Shown: positions 29,198 through 40,730, counted from the stretch's first letter. The stretch: DNA of 64,000 bases from Bacteroidota bacterium (GCA_029558715.1 JAKQEA010000038.1:8555-72554); one strand, 5' to 3'. Translations and numbers: made by a program. Notes: a model not told the origin generated them from the letters alone.

Positions 29198-31309
29198 ATG
29201 TCACAAGAAACAAATAAAAGAAACGAAAGAAGGCCTCAGCGATTTGATAGCCGCCCTCCGGGTGGAGATGATCCTAACCAGGCACCTAAAAAGGGCCCCC
29301 GGTTCAGTATTTACTGGATTTATGCGATAATTTTTGCTGTATTGATAGGGTTTCAGCTTTTTAGCCCTCTTTCTCCGAACTCAACAGAGATAGACCAGGA
29401 TACTTTTGAAGCTATCCTGAAAAAAGGTGATATCAAAGAATATAAAGTGATCAGTAACCGGAATCTCGTAAGGGTTACTATCAAAAACGATAGCCTGAAA
29501 AAATATGAAGCCGACCTTAAAAAAGGTATTTCGGGAAAAATTGCCAAAGATGGTCCTCACATGTATTTCAAAATTGTTTCCGGCGATTCTTTCCAGGATG
29601 ATATGCGTAAGTTTTATTCAGATAATTCAGAGGTGAAGAATGTAGGAAAAGCCGGATCTGAAAGAGATTGGTTTGGCGGTATATTGCAGTTCTTGCTTCC
29701 TGTTCTTTTATTTGTGGGCATCTGGATATTACTAATGAGAAAAATGGGTGGGGGAGCCGGCGGCGGCGGCGGTCCCGGCGGAATATTCAGCATAGGAAAA
29801 TCCAAAGCTACCCTGTTTGATAAGGGTACTAAAGTAAATATCACTTTCGCTGATGTAGCGGGTTTGGATGAAGCCAAAGTAGAAGTAATGGAAATTGTTG
29901 ACTTTCTGAAAAATCCCAAGAAGTATACAAACCTGGGAGGTAAAATTCCAAAAGGAGCGTTGCTAATCGGCCCTCCGGGTACCGGAAAAACATTGTTGGC
30001 AAAAGCTGTTGCTGGTGAAGCACAGGTGCCATTCTTCAGTCTAAGCGGATCTGATTTTGTGGAAATGTTTGTGGGTGTGGGTGCCAGCCGCGTCAGAGAC
30101 CTGTTTAAACAAGCAAGAGAAAAAGCTCCCTGTATCATATTTATCGATGAAATAGATGCTATCGGCCGTGCCAGGGGGAAGAATGCTATGATGAGTAATG
30201 ACGAAAGAGAAAGTACCCTGAACCAGATGCTGGTAGAAATGGATGGGTTTGGAACTGATGTGGGTATTATTGTATTGGCCGCTACTAACCGTCCGGATGT
30301 ACTCGATTCCGCTTTGCTTCGTCCGGGTCGTTTCGACAGGCAGATATCAATCGATAAACCAGACCTGAAAGGCCGGGAAGATATCTTTAAAGTTCACCTG
30401 AAGCCAATCAAGATATCCAAAACACTGGACATCCATAAACTTGCTGAACAAACCCCTGGGTTTGCCGGTGCAGATATTGCCAATGTTTGTAATGAAGCAG
30501 CATTGATAGCTGCCAGAAAAAATAAAGAAGCAGTAGATATGTCCGATTTCCAGGATGCAGTAGACCGGGTAATTGGAGGATTGGAAAAAAAGAACAAGAT
30601 CATTTCACCGGAAGAAAAGAAGATCATAGCTTTTCACGAAGCCGGTCATGCTATCTGTGGCTGGTATCTTGAACATGCCTACCCATTATTGAAAGTTACT
30701 ATTGTGCCAAGAGGAACGGCGGCATTGGGTTATGCTCAATACACTCCCAAAGAACAATATTTGTATAATATCGACCAGTTAACTGATCAGATATGTATGA
30801 CACTGGGTGGCCGGGCCAGCGAAGAAATTTTCTTCAATAAGATTTCTACAGGAGCCCAGAATGACCTGCAGCAAATCACAAGAATAGCCTACTCAATGGT
30901 CACAGTATACGGAATGAATGATAAAGTGGGTAATGTAAGTTTTTACGATCCGCAACAGGAAACAGCTTTTACAAAACCGTACTCAGACGAAACCGCTAAA
31001 CTGATAGATAACGAGGTTCGTAAGCTGATTGACGAAGCTTATGAAAAAACAAAGGACTTGCTTACGGTAAAGAAGGCAGAAGTAGAAAAACTGGCCAATG
31101 CACTGCTCGAAAGAGAAGTACTGTTCCAAAGTGATGTGGAGGCATTGATTGGTAAGCGGCCTTTTGAAGAAAAGAAATCATTGGTGGATGATGAGGTGGT
31201 TGTGGCAACACCTGTTGAGGAATCAGCAAATATAGCAGAGATAAAAAAAGAAGAAGAAAGGTCGATGGGTGAGCAAACCGGAAATATCGGACTTGCTCCT
31301 TCAGTTTAG
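29198..31309 (+). CDS. ftsH: ATP-dependent zinc metalloprotease FtsH
   Basis: Walker A motif [21 protein letters not shown] region, and HEAGHA zinc site; 703 aa. Confidence 0.95.
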   Translation: MSQETNKRNERRPQRFDSRPPGGDDPNQAPKKGPRFSIYWIYAIIFAVLIGFQLFSPLSPNSTEIDQDTFEAILKKGDIKEYKVISNRNLVRVTIKNDSLKKYEADLKKGISGKIAKDGPHMYFKIVSGDSFQDDMRKFYSDNSEVKNVGKAGSERDWFGGILQFLLPVLLFVGIWILLMRKMGGGAGGGGGPGGIFSIGKSKATLFDKGTKVNITFADVAGLDEAKVEVMEIVDFLKNPKKYTNLGGKIPKGALLIGPPGTGKTLLAKAVAGEAQVPFFSLSGSDFVEMFVGVGASRVRDLFKQAREKAPCIIFIDEIDAIGRARGKNAMMSNDERESTLNQMLVEMDGFGTDVGIIVLAATNRPDVLDSALLRPGRFDRQISIDKPDLKGREDIFKVHLKPIKISKTLDIHKLAEQTPGFAGADIANVCNEAALIAARKNKEAVDMSDFQDAVDRVIGGLEKKNKIISPEEKKIIAFHEAGHAICGWYLEHAYPLLKVTIVPRGTAALGYAQYTPKEQYLYNIDQLTDQICMTLGGRASEEIFFNKISTGAQNDLQQITRIAYSMVTVYGMNDKVGNVSFYDPQQETAFTKPYSDETAKLIDNEVRKLIDEAYEKTKDLLTVKKAEVEKLANALLEREVLFQSDVEALIGKRPFEEKKSLVDDEVVVATPVEESANIAEIKKEEERSMGEQTGNIGLAPSV

Positions 31310-31334
31310 TCATATTAACCCGTAATTAACGGTA

Positions 31335-31970
31335 ATGAATATCTCTCCTTCAAAAGAAAATATTCTTAAGAAAATTCGCAAGGCGTTGAGTCATTCAGCG
31401 CCTTTGCCTTTTCCACAAAGCGAAGGAACGACTTCCGTTTTTGAACCACTCCAACAGGAACCAGAGATTGAATTCGCTGAACAGTTTACCAGGCTCCAGG
31501 GAAAATTCATTTACTGTATAAACAGGCAGGAACTGGCTTTTCAGTTGGGCAGCCTGGTAAAAAAACAGGATTGGCAGAAAATATACTGTGTAGAGGATAG
31601 ACTCATCGAGTCTGTTGCAGCACAATTATCAGAGAGACTGGAAAAAACTGGTCTTGCAACTTGTGACGTTTCTATTACAGGTTGCGAATACCTGGTGGCC
31701 AGAACCGGCTCCATAGTAATGAGTACAGCACAAAGCAGCGGACGAACCACCAGTGTATATGCACCCATACATATCTGTATCGCTTTTACTGATCAACTGG
31801 TGTATGATGTGAAAGATGCTCTACAGGCTGCTAAAGAAAAATATGGCAATAATCTTCCTTCCCTGATCACCTTCGCTACCGGCCCCAGCCGCACTGCAGA
31901 TATTGAAAAAACACTGGTGGTGGGTGTGCATGGCCCCAAAGAAGTGTATTTGTTCCTTGTTGAATCATAA
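31335..31970 (+). CDS. LUD domain protein (LutC/YkgG-like)
   Basis: 211 aa. The C-terminal pattern GCEYLVARTGSIV...GPSRTADIEKTLVVGVHGP is typical of the LUD domain. Confidence 0.75.
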   Translation: MNISPSKENILKKIRKALSHSAPLPFPQSEGTTSVFEPLQQEPEIEFAEQFTRLQGKFIYCINRQELAFQLGSLVKKQDWQKIYCVEDRLIESVAAQLSERLEKTGLATCDVSITGCEYLVARTGSIVMSTAQSSGRTTSVYAPIHICIAFTDQLVYDVKDALQAAKEKYGNNLPSLITFATGPSRTADIEKTLVVGVHGPKEVYLFLVES

Positions 31971-31997
31971 ATCGCCGGGCTTTAGTACTTTTATGGT

Positions 31998-32429
31998 ATG
32001 ACAAGTTCAGGTATTTATAAACTCTTTGTTTATGGCTCATTGCGCAGCGGGTTTCATAATCCTGTCTATGAGTACATCAGCCGCTATTTTACGTTAGTTG
32101 GTGAGGCTAAAGTGAAGGGTAAGCTGATTGATATGGGAACTTACCCTGCTGGCATACCAGCAGAAGATCATACTTTTATAATCGGAGAATTGTACCAGGT
32201 AAAACATGAGAATGAATTTTCCTGGGCAATTGGCCAACTGGATGATTATGAAGGGGTAAATGTAGAGGACGATGAAGAACAGTTGTATCGACGGGAAATA
32301 ACCGAAGTACTTATTAATGATCAGCCCGTTAAAGCCTGGATATACTGGTATAATGGTGATGTGAGCGACAGGCCTGTTATTGCATCAGGAGATATGATGG
32401 AATATCTCAATCATAAAAAATCGCTATGA
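31998..32429 (+). CDS. Gamma-glutamylcyclotransferase (AIG2/GGCT-like)
   Basis: LFVYGSLRSG N-terminal motif; 143 aa. Confidence 0.75.
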   Translation: MTSSGIYKLFVYGSLRSGFHNPVYEYISRYFTLVGEAKVKGKLIDMGTYPAGIPAEDHTFIIGELYQVKHENEFSWAIGQLDDYEGVNVEDDEEQLYRREITEVLINDQPVKAWIYWYNGDVSDRPVIASGDMMEYLNHKKSL

Positions 32430-32962
32430 GATTTACTACTACTTCATTGCTTATTGTGAGTTGTATTTTTCTCTTATCATCCTGCGAGTTTAGTTGCTCT
32501 GTCGGGGATAAAGATAAAAATACAGCTACTACAACATTTTTAGAAGATCAGCCCCGTATTTATAATAAGATCATGATGGAGGCAAAAAAACTGAAAGTGC
32601 AAAAGGCCTATCTTATTTTAGATAACGGGGATGCAGTACCGGAAAATAACGGGGTTGATTTTAAAAATCCGGTGAAAATGATAATCAAAATAGATAGTGG
32701 GTGGACAGAAAAAGATGGTAAAGTAATGATTGGTGCATCTGAAAAAATAGTGACAGAAAATGGAACTGTATTGGTTGATGAACCTGATCTGTTCGCCAAT
32801 AATACCGGCGCCAGCCCGGAAGATGCAAAAACGATTTCTTTAACCGCCAGTATAACAGTGAGAGAAGGAGCTCCCCCCACATCATTTACTGTATCGTTCA
32901 GGATATGGGACAAGAACGGTGAGGGTCAGATAGAAGGCAATTACAAGTTATATACTAAATAA
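32426..32962 (+). CDS. Lipoprotein of unknown function
   Basis: Lipobox LLSSC. It shares a 4-bp ATGA overlap with the upstream gene. Confidence 0.55.
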   Translation: MRFTTTSLLIVSCIFLLSSCEFSCSVGDKDKNTATTTFLEDQPRIYNKIMMEAKKLKVQKAYLILDNGDAVPENNGVDFKNPVKMIIKIDSGWTEKDGKVMIGASEKIVTENGTVLVDEPDLFANNTGASPEDAKTISLTASITVREGAPPTSFTVSFRIWDKNGEGQIEGNYKLYTK

Positions 32963-32996
32963 TTCAAACGCTTTGGCGTTATCCTGAAAATCCAAC

Positions 32997-33767
32997 GTGG
33001 CTAACAAAATTTACTTCCTTTCAGACTTTCACTTGGGTGCACCTGATCATGCAAGTAGCCTCGAAAGAGAGAAAATCATCGTTCAGTTCCTGGATAAGAT
33101 AAAGCATGATGCTGCGGAAATATTCCTGGTCGGCGATATGTTTGATTTCTGGTATGAGTACAGGAAAGTAGTTCCCAAAGGTTTTGTACGGTTATTAGGT
33201 AAACTGGGTGAATTGGCAGATGCAGGAATAGTTATGCATTTCTTTGTTGGTAATCATGATATGTGGATGAGGGACTATTTTCAACAGGAGTTTAATATGC
33301 CGGTCTATTTTCACCCAAAAGAGTTTGAGCGCAATGGTAAGAAGTTTCTTATCGGTCATGGCGATGGATTGGGTCCGGGCGATCATGGTTATAAACGGCT
33401 GAAACGAATTTTTCGTAATCCTGTAAGTAAATTCCTTTTCGGCATATTTCCTCCTATGCTCGGCATGGGGTTGGCTAATTATCTCAGCCGGAGAAGCCGG
33501 GCACAAACAGGGGCTTCGGAAGAAATTTTCCTGGGAGAAGATAAAGAATGGCTTATCATATATTGTAAAGAGGTATTGACAGAAAGAAAAATTGATTTTT
33601 TTGTTTTTGGACATAGACACCTTGCTATTGATTATCGTCTGAATGAGGACAGCCGTTATATTAACCTGGGAGACTGGATCCACTATTACACATATGCAGT
33701 ATTTGAGGGATCTGTCATGGAGCTAAAATCCTACATGGGAAATGAACATAAAATTATTCGTCATTGA
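32997..33767 (+). CDS. lpxH: UDP-2,3-diacylglucosamine diphosphatase
   Basis: Calcineurin-like metallophosphoesterase motifs FLSDFHLG, GDMFDFW, GNHD, GHGD. GTG start. Confidence 0.85.
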   Translation: MANKIYFLSDFHLGAPDHASSLEREKIIVQFLDKIKHDAAEIFLVGDMFDFWYEYRKVVPKGFVRLLGKLGELADAGIVMHFFVGNHDMWMRDYFQQEFNMPVYFHPKEFERNGKKFLIGHGDGLGPGDHGYKRLKRIFRNPVSKFLFGIFPPMLGMGLANYLSRRSRAQTGASEEIFLGEDKEWLIIYCKEVLTERKIDFFVFGHRHLAIDYRLNEDSRYINLGDWIHYYTYAVFEGSVMELKSYMGNEHKIIRH

Positions 33768-34594
33768 CTAAACTACTCATGATATTGTGTATTGGTGTCA
33801 TGATGCCTGCAACAGGAATTAGCCAAAAGGATACTACTTTTCGGGTAGTAAGGACTTTAAAGGGTGATATCGTTGATTTTACAGTTGATAACCTGGATAA
33901 TGTTTATATACTTAACAGCCGTAACCAGGTAAAAAAATATAATGCAAACGGGGATTCAGTAGCAATTTACAATGATATAAGAAAGTATGGAAGAGCTACC
34001 CTGATTGATGTCTCGAATCCTTTGAAGGTGTTGCTTTATTACCGGGACTTTGCCACTGTTGTCATGCTGGATCGTTTTTTGAATGTGGTAAATATTGTGG
34101 ATCTCCGGAAGCAGAATATTTTCCAGGCAAAAGTAATTGCCCAGTCGTATGATAATAAAATATGGGTATTTGATGAGATGGAAAACAAACTAAAAAAAAT
34201 AGATGAAGACGGTAAGTTGTTACAGGAAACTCCCGACTTCAGGCTCTTTATGGATAAGACGATAGTGCCGGTAGAAGTGGCGGATGAAAATAAATATGTA
34301 TATCTGTATGACTCAACGGCAGGAGTGTATGTATTTGATTATTTCGGAACCCTGAATAATGTCATCATGATTCATCACTGGCAGAATTTAAAAATTACAG
34401 GTAATTATATTTTCGGTTCCCGTTCAGATACACTATTCCGTTACGATATAAAAACATTCCTGTATGACGAATGGAAGATACCTGAGCAAGTAAAGGATGC
34501 AGGCACATTTAATTTTACTACTTCCCGGTTGTATGCGCTTAGAAAGGAATGTGAAAAAGAACAGAACTGCATTTCGATTTATGCTATTCGCTGA
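33764..34594 (+). CDS. Secreted protein of unknown function (beta-rich, repeat-like)
   Basis: 276 aa with a signal peptide. It overlaps the lpxH stop by 4 nt (TTG start); an alternative ATG is at 33779. Confidence 0.55.
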   Translation: MTKLLMILCIGVMMPATGISQKDTTFRVVRTLKGDIVDFTVDNLDNVYILNSRNQVKKYNANGDSVAIYNDIRKYGRATLIDVSNPLKVLLYYRDFATVVMLDRFLNVVNIVDLRKQNIFQAKVIAQSYDNKIWVFDEMENKLKKIDEDGKLLQETPDFRLFMDKTIVPVEVADENKYVYLYDSTAGVYVFDYFGTLNNVIMIHHWQNLKITGNYIFGSRSDTLFRYDIKTFLYDEWKIPEQVKDAGTFNFTTSRLYALRKECEKEQNCISIYAIR

Positions 34595-34641
34595 GGTCGT
34601 CAGGATTGAATTCAATATTTTTATAGCCAAAATATTATCGT

Positions 34642-35727
34642 TTGATGAATGATTTTATGCAACAAGTATGGTGGGACAACGCCGTAAAGAATTATTTTAT
34701 AGCTGGCGGGGTCATATTGTTTATGTGGCTGTTCATGCGGTATATTTCCCGTTATGTTGCCGGTTTATTATTCAAGATTGTTCACCGGATATGGAAAAAC
34801 GTAGATAAGCAATCATTCACCAGCCTGGTGATGAAGCCGCTAGGCTTTTTCCTGCTGATACTTGTTACAATTGCGGCATTATATAAGTTGAACTTTCCGC
34901 ATGTTATAAATGTAACAATCTACAAATACACGGTGAAGGAGCTTTTGCATTGCACCGGTACTATTGTGATGATTGTGTCTTTTGTCGGGCTCTTACTCCG
35001 CATTATTGACTTTATAGCATTATTGCTTGAAAAAAAAGCAAATCTTACTCCTGATCTGTCGGATAACCAGTTGATTGTTTTCTTTAAGGATTTCTTTAAA
35101 ATTATCCTTGTTATCGTTGGTATTATGTTAGTCCTGAAGTTTGCCTTTGGGCTTCATATTGGCGGGTTACTAACAGGACTTAGCATAGTAGGAGCTGCTA
35201 TTGCACTGTCTCTGAGAGAGAGCCTTGAAAACCTGATCGCTTCCTTTATTATTTTCTTCGACAAACCTTTTATTACCGGAGACCTCGTAAAAGTGAATAA
35301 TATCACCGGGTCTGTGGAACGAATTGGTTTGAGAAGTACAAGAATACGAACTGACCAGAAGACATATGTTACGGTACCTAACAAACAAATGGTAGACAGT
35401 GTGCTGGATAATCTCTCACTACGTACACAAAGAAGAGGAGATCTGAAGCTTGAGATAGGATTACAGACTTCTCCTGCATTGATTGAACGGTTAATAGCAG
35501 GTATTGAAAAAATTGTAAGCAGGAAGGAAGTGGAGAATGCAAATGTGTTGCTGTCTGATATTTCTGCCAATGCAGTAATTATCACATCAGATTATTATAC
35601 GGCACCAATTACCATCAATGAGTTTAATACTATACGGCAGGAAATAAACCTGCAAAGTTTAAAATTGCTCGAGGAGTTAAAAATAGAATTATCCGGAGCC
35701 AGTACAGATGTGCGGATCAGCAAATAG
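34642..35727 (+). CDS. Mechanosensitive ion channel (MscS family)
   Basis: TM helices followed by the MscS beta-domain pattern (FDKPFITGDLVKVNNITGSVERIGLRSTRIRT). Confidence 0.85.
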   Translation: MMNDFMQQVWWDNAVKNYFIAGGVILFMWLFMRYISRYVAGLLFKIVHRIWKNVDKQSFTSLVMKPLGFFLLILVTIAALYKLNFPHVINVTIYKYTVKELLHCTGTIVMIVSFVGLLLRIIDFIALLLEKKANLTPDLSDNQLIVFFKDFFKIILVIVGIMLVLKFAFGLHIGGLLTGLSIVGAAIALSLRESLENLIASFIIFFDKPFITGDLVKVNNITGSVERIGLRSTRIRTDQKTYVTVPNKQMVDSVLDNLSLRTQRRGDLKLEIGLQTSPALIERLIAGIEKIVSRKEVENANVLLSDISANAVIITSDYYTAPITINEFNTIRQEINLQSLKLLEELKIELSGASTDVRISK

Positions 35728-35729
35728 TA

Positions 35730-36251
35730 TTATTGTTTATCTGCGGCAGTAATGATCTCCCCAAGTTCCTTATCAAACATACCGTATTTACCGTATTCAA
35801 TTATACGACCCAGTTCTCTCCCGTTTCTGAATATAATAATAGTGGGCACATGTGTCACATTCAAAGCATTAGCAAGATTGCTTAGTGTTTTCTTGTCCCT
35901 GTCAGTACCAATTAATGTTATATGTTCTTGTGAAAAACCGGCAGCATCTGCCAAAGCATATAATTTCGGTATGATGAAATGAGAATCTTCACACCAGGTG
36001 CCCATAAAAACGAGTAATTGAATAGAATCAGCATTTTTTTTAAGTGCTTCCATAGCATCCTGGCGGGGGCTATATGCTTTAAAATTAGTTGCAAACCATT
36101 TAAAGGAGGTATCACTTTCCAGAACTGAACGGGTAATAATGCCTTTCAGGCTTTTTTCACCTGGCCTTTCCACCAGTACTTCATACTGACTTTGCGCCAC
36201 TGCTGTTGCAGCAAAAAGAAACACCAGTATAACAGGGATAAATTTCTTCAT
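35730..36251 (-). CDS. Secreted thioredoxin-fold protein
   Basis: Signal peptide, GTWCEDSH motif, VPTIIIF cis-Pro region. Confidence 0.75.
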   Translation of the reverse strand: MKKFIPVILVFLFAATAVAQSQYEVLVERPGEKSLKGIITRSVLESDTSFKWFATNFKAYSPRQDAMEALKKNADSIQLLVFMGTWCEDSHFIIPKLYALADAAGFSQEHITLIGTDRDKKTLSNLANALNVTHVPTIIIFRNGRELGRIIEYGKYGMFDKELGEIITAADKQ

Positions 36252-36332
36252 AGCTTCAGATTATAAAGTAACAAATGTAAAAGGGAACAGTGAAAGGATG
36301 AAAGATGAGGTGTTAAAGTTGCAGCCAGCGAA

Positions 36333-36947
36333 TTACAAACTTGCCTTCAGTTCCAGCAAAAAGCCTTTTATCTTTTGTAAGGACTGTATCGTGGCAAATT
36401 TTTCTTCTGCTTTCTTATTTTTTTTCAGATAATCCTTGGCACCTTCTATCGTGAATTTGCGCCGGCGCAGCAGATCATATATCATCACCAGGTTTTTTAT
36501 ATCAACCGGGCGGAAATGACGGTCTCCTTTTCGGTTCTTGCGGGGTTGCAGAATATCAAACTCTGTTTCCCAGTAGCGTATCAACGATTGATTCTCCCTG
36601 AACATGGCAGCCACTTCGCCGATTGAATAATACTGTTTCTGAAAAAGTATTTCATCTTCCGGCACCTGGATAAGATCAGCACTTAGTGCAACATCCTTTA
36701 AAGAACGACGGCCTCTTTTACCGTTTGTATTGCTTTTATCTTCTTTTATTGTATTTGTAAAAGAAGGAACGATCTGCCCGGCTATTTCGGCAACTGGTTT
36801 TTCATCTTCAACAACTGAAGCTACCGCAACCGGTTGCGGCATTGTTTCTTCAACAGTATTAAAATCAAATGTTATTTGCGAAAGTGCTTTTGCCATAAGG
36901 ATAATTAATGTAAAGATAATAAAGCCGGTAGCGGATATTGGCTGCAA
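36333..36947 (-). CDS. MerR family transcriptional regulator with a long N-terminal extension
   Basis: C-terminal HTH pattern YYSIGEVAAMFRENQSLIRYWETEF...RKNRKGDRHFRPVDI. Confidence 0.75.
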   Translation of the reverse strand: MQPISATGFIIFTLIILMAKALSQITFDFNTVEETMPQPVAVASVVEDEKPVAEIAGQIVPSFTNTIKEDKSNTNGKRGRRSLKDVALSADLIQVPEDEILFQKQYYSIGEVAAMFRENQSLIRYWETEFDILQPRKNRKGDRHFRPVDIKNLVMIYDLLRRRKFTIEGAKDYLKKNKKAEEKFATIQSLQKIKGFLLELKASL

Positions 36948-37002
36948 AAAGAGCTTGTGGAAAAAAACACTACTGAACGGGGCTGGCAGATCAATGACTC
37001 AT

Positions 37003-37974
37003 TTAATCAAGGCTTTGATTGCTGGCTGCTGCCTTTTTAAGAATCAGGTCGAATTGTTCTGGTGTCAGGTCATTGTAGAAGAAATATATTGGGTCGATCT
37101 TTTGTCCGTTTTTATGTACTTCGTAGTGGCAGTGAGGTCCGGTTGATTTGCCTGTACTTCCTACCCAGCCAATTACTTCTCCTCTTTTTACAGCTTGCCC
37201 GTTCCTTGCTTTTACCCTTACCATATGGCCATACAATGTTTCGTATCCATAACCATGATTAATGACCACATAATTACCGTATCCATTACCGGTGTTACCG
37301 GCAGTAGTTACTGTACCATCTGCTGTAGCATAGATAGGTGTGCCCTGCGGAGCAGAAAAATCAAGACCTGCATGAAACTTAGTGGTTTTATAGACCGGGT
37401 CGATCCGGTACCCGAAACCGGAAGCGATCCTGTTCAGGTCTTTGTTACTTAGTGGTTGTATAGCCGGGGTATGCGACAGGAGTTTTTCCTTGTTTTTTAC
37501 CAGTTCATCCACCTCTTCATACGATTTTTTCTGGGAGTTTATCCGGCTAAGCAGGTTGTTCAACGTATTATTAATAGAAGACACCAATTGATGGTCCCTC
37601 AGTTTTTCTACTTTGGCTATTTCAAGCTTTTCTTCCAGTTCTTTGGCCCGGGCACTATCAGGTATGGGATTGGCCTCAAAAATGGCCCTGTACACATCAT
37701 TATCCCTTTTTTCCAGTTCTTTCATCTGGTTTTGAACAGATTCCAGTTCATCCAGCAACTCGTAATAATTGTCTTTCAGATTCTTGTTTTGCTGCTGTAA
37801 AATCCGCTCCTTAGGAGAACCTACAAATTGGAAAGCGAGATAGGAAATAAGGCCTGCAGTTACCAGGGCGGCTGCCACAAAACCAAATACCCGGAGCAGC
37901 TTTACCCGCAGGGGAGTTTCCAGTTTTTCATACCGGAGTGTGTTGGTATTATAGTAATATTTGATTTTTTTCAT
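37003..37974 (-). CDS. M23 family metallopeptidase (EnvC-like, coiled-coil N-terminus)
   Basis: TM anchor, coiled coil, and the motifs HAGLDF and GPHCHYEV. Confidence 0.85.
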   Translation of the reverse strand: MKKIKYYYNTNTLRYEKLETPLRVKLLRVFGFVAAALVTAGLISYLAFQFVGSPKERILQQQNKNLKDNYYELLDELESVQNQMKELEKRDNDVYRAIFEANPIPDSARAKELEEKLEIAKVEKLRDHQLVSSINNTLNNLLSRINSQKKSYEEVDELVKNKEKLLSHTPAIQPLSNKDLNRIASGFGYRIDPVYKTTKFHAGLDFSAPQGTPIYATADGTVTTAGNTGNGYGNYVVINHGYGYETLYGHMVRVKARNGQAVKRGEVIGWVGSTGKSTGPHCHYEVHKNGQKIDPIYFFYNDLTPEQFDLILKKAAASNQSLD

Positions 37975-38123
37975 TGAGGCAAGCCTTAAGCCTTGTTCCC
38001 GGAAATAATGCCACCTGAATATTTTACCTTTGCCCGGCTTTTACGGGGCTGACCATACCTGACGGTAGGCAGGCAAATATAACCCGTTAAACTGCAAAAA
38101 TCAACCCAATCAGCACAGCAAAT

Positions 38124-40730
38124 ATGATGACCAGCGCAGATATACGACAGGCATTTCTGGATTTTTTCCGTTCAAAAGGGCATGAAATTGTTCCTTCAGC
38201 TCCAATTGTGGTAAAAAACGACCCCACCCTGATGTTCACCAATGCAGGGATGAACCAGTTTAAGGACTATTTTTTAGGAAATAAACCGGCTCCCTTCAAA
38301 AGAGTGGCAGATACGCAGAAATGTCTTCGGGTAAGTGGCAAGCACAATGACCTGGAAGAAGTGGGAGTAGATACTTACCATCACACCATGTTTGAAATGC
38401 TTGGAAACTGGAGTTTTGGCGATTATTTTAAAGATGAAGCGATAGAGTGGAGCTGGGAATTATTGACAGTCGTATTTAGTATTCCTAAAGACCGTTTGTA
38501 TGCTACGGTTTTTGAAGGGGATACTAAAGAAGGAATACCGGCTTCATCTATAGCATTGGCCAAATGGAAAAGCCTTTTACCGGGGGAGCATATAGTATTC
38601 GGTAATAAAAAGGACAATTTTTGGGAAATGGGTGAAACAGGTCCCTGTGGCCCCTGCAGCGAGATACATGTGGACTGCAGGCCCGATGAAGAAAGAAAGA
38701 AGGTACCGGGTCATATGCTGGTAAATAAAGATCATCCGCAGGTAATCGAGATATGGAATAATGTATTTATACAATTCAATCGAAAAAAAGACGGTAGCCT
38801 GGAACCACTCCCGGCTACCCATGTGGATACCGGAATGGGATTGGAAAGATTAGTAAGAGTATTGCAAGGCAAGACATCGAATTATGATACAGATATTTTT
38901 ACAGGAACAATTGCTGTAACAGAAAAGATAACCGGGAAAAAATATGACTTCAGCGATAGCAAGACAGCCATAGCTTTTCGGGTGATTGCAGATCATATCC
39001 GGGCAATATCTTTTACAATTGCTGATGGCCAATTACCCTCTAATACGGGTGCGGGTTATGTAATCCGCCGGATATTGAGAAGGGCAGTGCGGTATTATTA
39101 TTCTTATCTCGATTATAAGCAACCCCTGCTTACCCGGTTGGTGCCGGTATTGGCTAAGCAATTTGAAACTGTATTTCCGGAGTTGCAGCAGCAGGTTGAT
39201 TTTGTGAGTAAAGTGGTAAATGAAGAAGAAGAAGCTTTTTTGAGAACTTTGGATAAAGGATTAAAGAGGGTTGATGACCTGATTGCACAAGGAAGTATTT
39301 CTGGGAAAGATTCTTTTGAATTATATGATACCTATGGATTCCCCTTCGATCTAACTCAGCTTATTGCAACGGAAAATAAATTAAGTGTAGATGAAGAAGG
39401 CTTCAAAGCCGAAATGCAACAACAAAAAGACCGTAGCCGTGCGGCTACTGCTGTTGATGCAGAAGATTGGGTAGAATTAAAAGCCGGCTCCAACAAATTT
39501 GTTGGTTATGATTCGTTAGAAGCAAAAACAGAAATTTTAAAATACAGAAAAGTAAAGGCAAAAGGTAAAGAAAGTTATCAGCTTGTATTAGAGACAACAC
39601 CCTTCTATGCAGAAAGTGGCGGACAGGTGGGTGACAAGGGTTGGCTTGCAATGGCAGATTCAACTATAGAAGTTATTGATACAAAGAAAGACAATGACCT
39701 TATCATCCATTTCACTGATTCCATACCGGCTGAACTTTCTGGTGAAGTACTTGCCAAAGTAGATGCCTCTAAAAGAAAAACTACAGCGCTGCATCACTCA
39801 GCCACTCACCTCCTGCATGCTGCTTTACGAAAAGTATTGGGTAACCATGTGGCCCAGAAAGGATCATTGGTAAATGAAGAGCATCTTCGTTTTGACTTTT
39901 CTCATTTTGCAAAAGTTACCGATGAAGAAATAGCCGCAATCGAAGCTTTGGTAAATGAAAAGATCAGAGAGAACATCCCGGTTGTTATCAGATCAATGCC
40001 GAAAGACGAAGCCATGAAACTGGGGGCTATGGCTTTATTTGGTGAGAAATATGGAGATGTGGTGAGAGTAGTTATGATTGACCCCAACTATTCTGTAGAA
40101 TTATGCGGGGGTACTCATGTGGGTGCTACAGGAGAATTAGGTTTGTTCAAATTAACCAGTGAGTCAGCCGTGGCAGCCGGTGTTCGCCGGGTAGAGGCTA
40201 TTTGTGGTAAACAGGCAGAAGAATATATAAATGAACAATTGAATCTTATTAATAGTCTTCGGGAGGCGCTGAAAAACCCAAAGGATATTCAAAAAGCCAT
40301 AGAAAACCTGCAAAATGAAAATGCTGAACTAAAAAAGCATCTGGATTCGATGGAAGCCCGCCAACTGGTTGGGATAAGGAATGAGCTTTTGCAAAAAGAC
40401 GAGATCATTAACAGCATAAATTTTATTGGTGACATAGTAGAAGTAAGTAATGCAGATGCACTGAAAAAACTTTGTTTTGATCTTAAAAATCATTTGCGGG
40501 ATCATGTAGCAGTATTATGTGCCAATATTGGCGGCAAACCTTATGTAGCCGTGGGTATTGCTGATACAGTGGTGGCAGCTAAAGGGCTGGATGCCGGAAA
40601 AATAATTAAGGAACAGGTGGCTCCCCTGATAAAAGGTGGCGGTGGCGGTCAGAAAACACTGGCAACAGCAGGTGGCCAGGATGCCGGAAAATTGGAACAA
40701 GTAATTGAAGAGGTAAAAAAGCTTTTATAA
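38124..40730 (+). CDS. alaS: Alanine--tRNA ligase
   Basis: 868 aa. Class II core (FTNAGMNQFKD), editing-domain HxxxH (HSATHLLH) and CGGTH motifs, and a DHHA1-like C-terminus. Confidence 0.95.
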   Translation: MMTSADIRQAFLDFFRSKGHEIVPSAPIVVKNDPTLMFTNAGMNQFKDYFLGNKPAPFKRVADTQKCLRVSGKHNDLEEVGVDTYHHTMFEMLGNWSFGDYFKDEAIEWSWELLTVVFSIPKDRLYATVFEGDTKEGIPASSIALAKWKSLLPGEHIVFGNKKDNFWEMGETGPCGPCSEIHVDCRPDEERKKVPGHMLVNKDHPQVIEIWNNVFIQFNRKKDGSLEPLPATHVDTGMGLERLVRVLQGKTSNYDTDIFTGTIAVTEKITGKKYDFSDSKTAIAFRVIADHIRAISFTIADGQLPSNTGAGYVIRRILRRAVRYYYSYLDYKQPLLTRLVPVLAKQFETVFPELQQQVDFVSKVVNEEEEAFLRTLDKGLKRVDDLIAQGSISGKDSFELYDTYGFPFDLTQLIATENKLSVDEEGFKAEMQQQKDRSRAATAVDAEDWVELKAGSNKFVGYDSLEAKTEILKYRKVKAKGKESYQLVLETTPFYAESGGQVGDKGWLAMADSTIEVIDTKKDNDLIIHFTDSIPAELSGEVLAKVDASKRKTTALHHSATHLLHAALRKVLGNHVAQKGSLVNEEHLRFDFSHFAKVTDEEIAAIEALVNEKIRENIPVVIRSMPKDEAMKLGAMALFGEKYGDVVRVVMIDPNYSVELCGGTHVGATGELGLFKLTSESAVAAGVRRVEAICGKQAEEYINEQLNLINSLREALKNPKDIQKAIENLQNENAELKKHLDSMEARQLVGIRNELLQKDEIINSINFIGDIVEVSNADALKKLCFDLKNHLRDHVAVLCANIGGKPYVAVGIADTVVAAKGLDAGKIIKEQVAPLIKGGGGGQKTLATAGGQDAGKLEQVIEEVKKLL

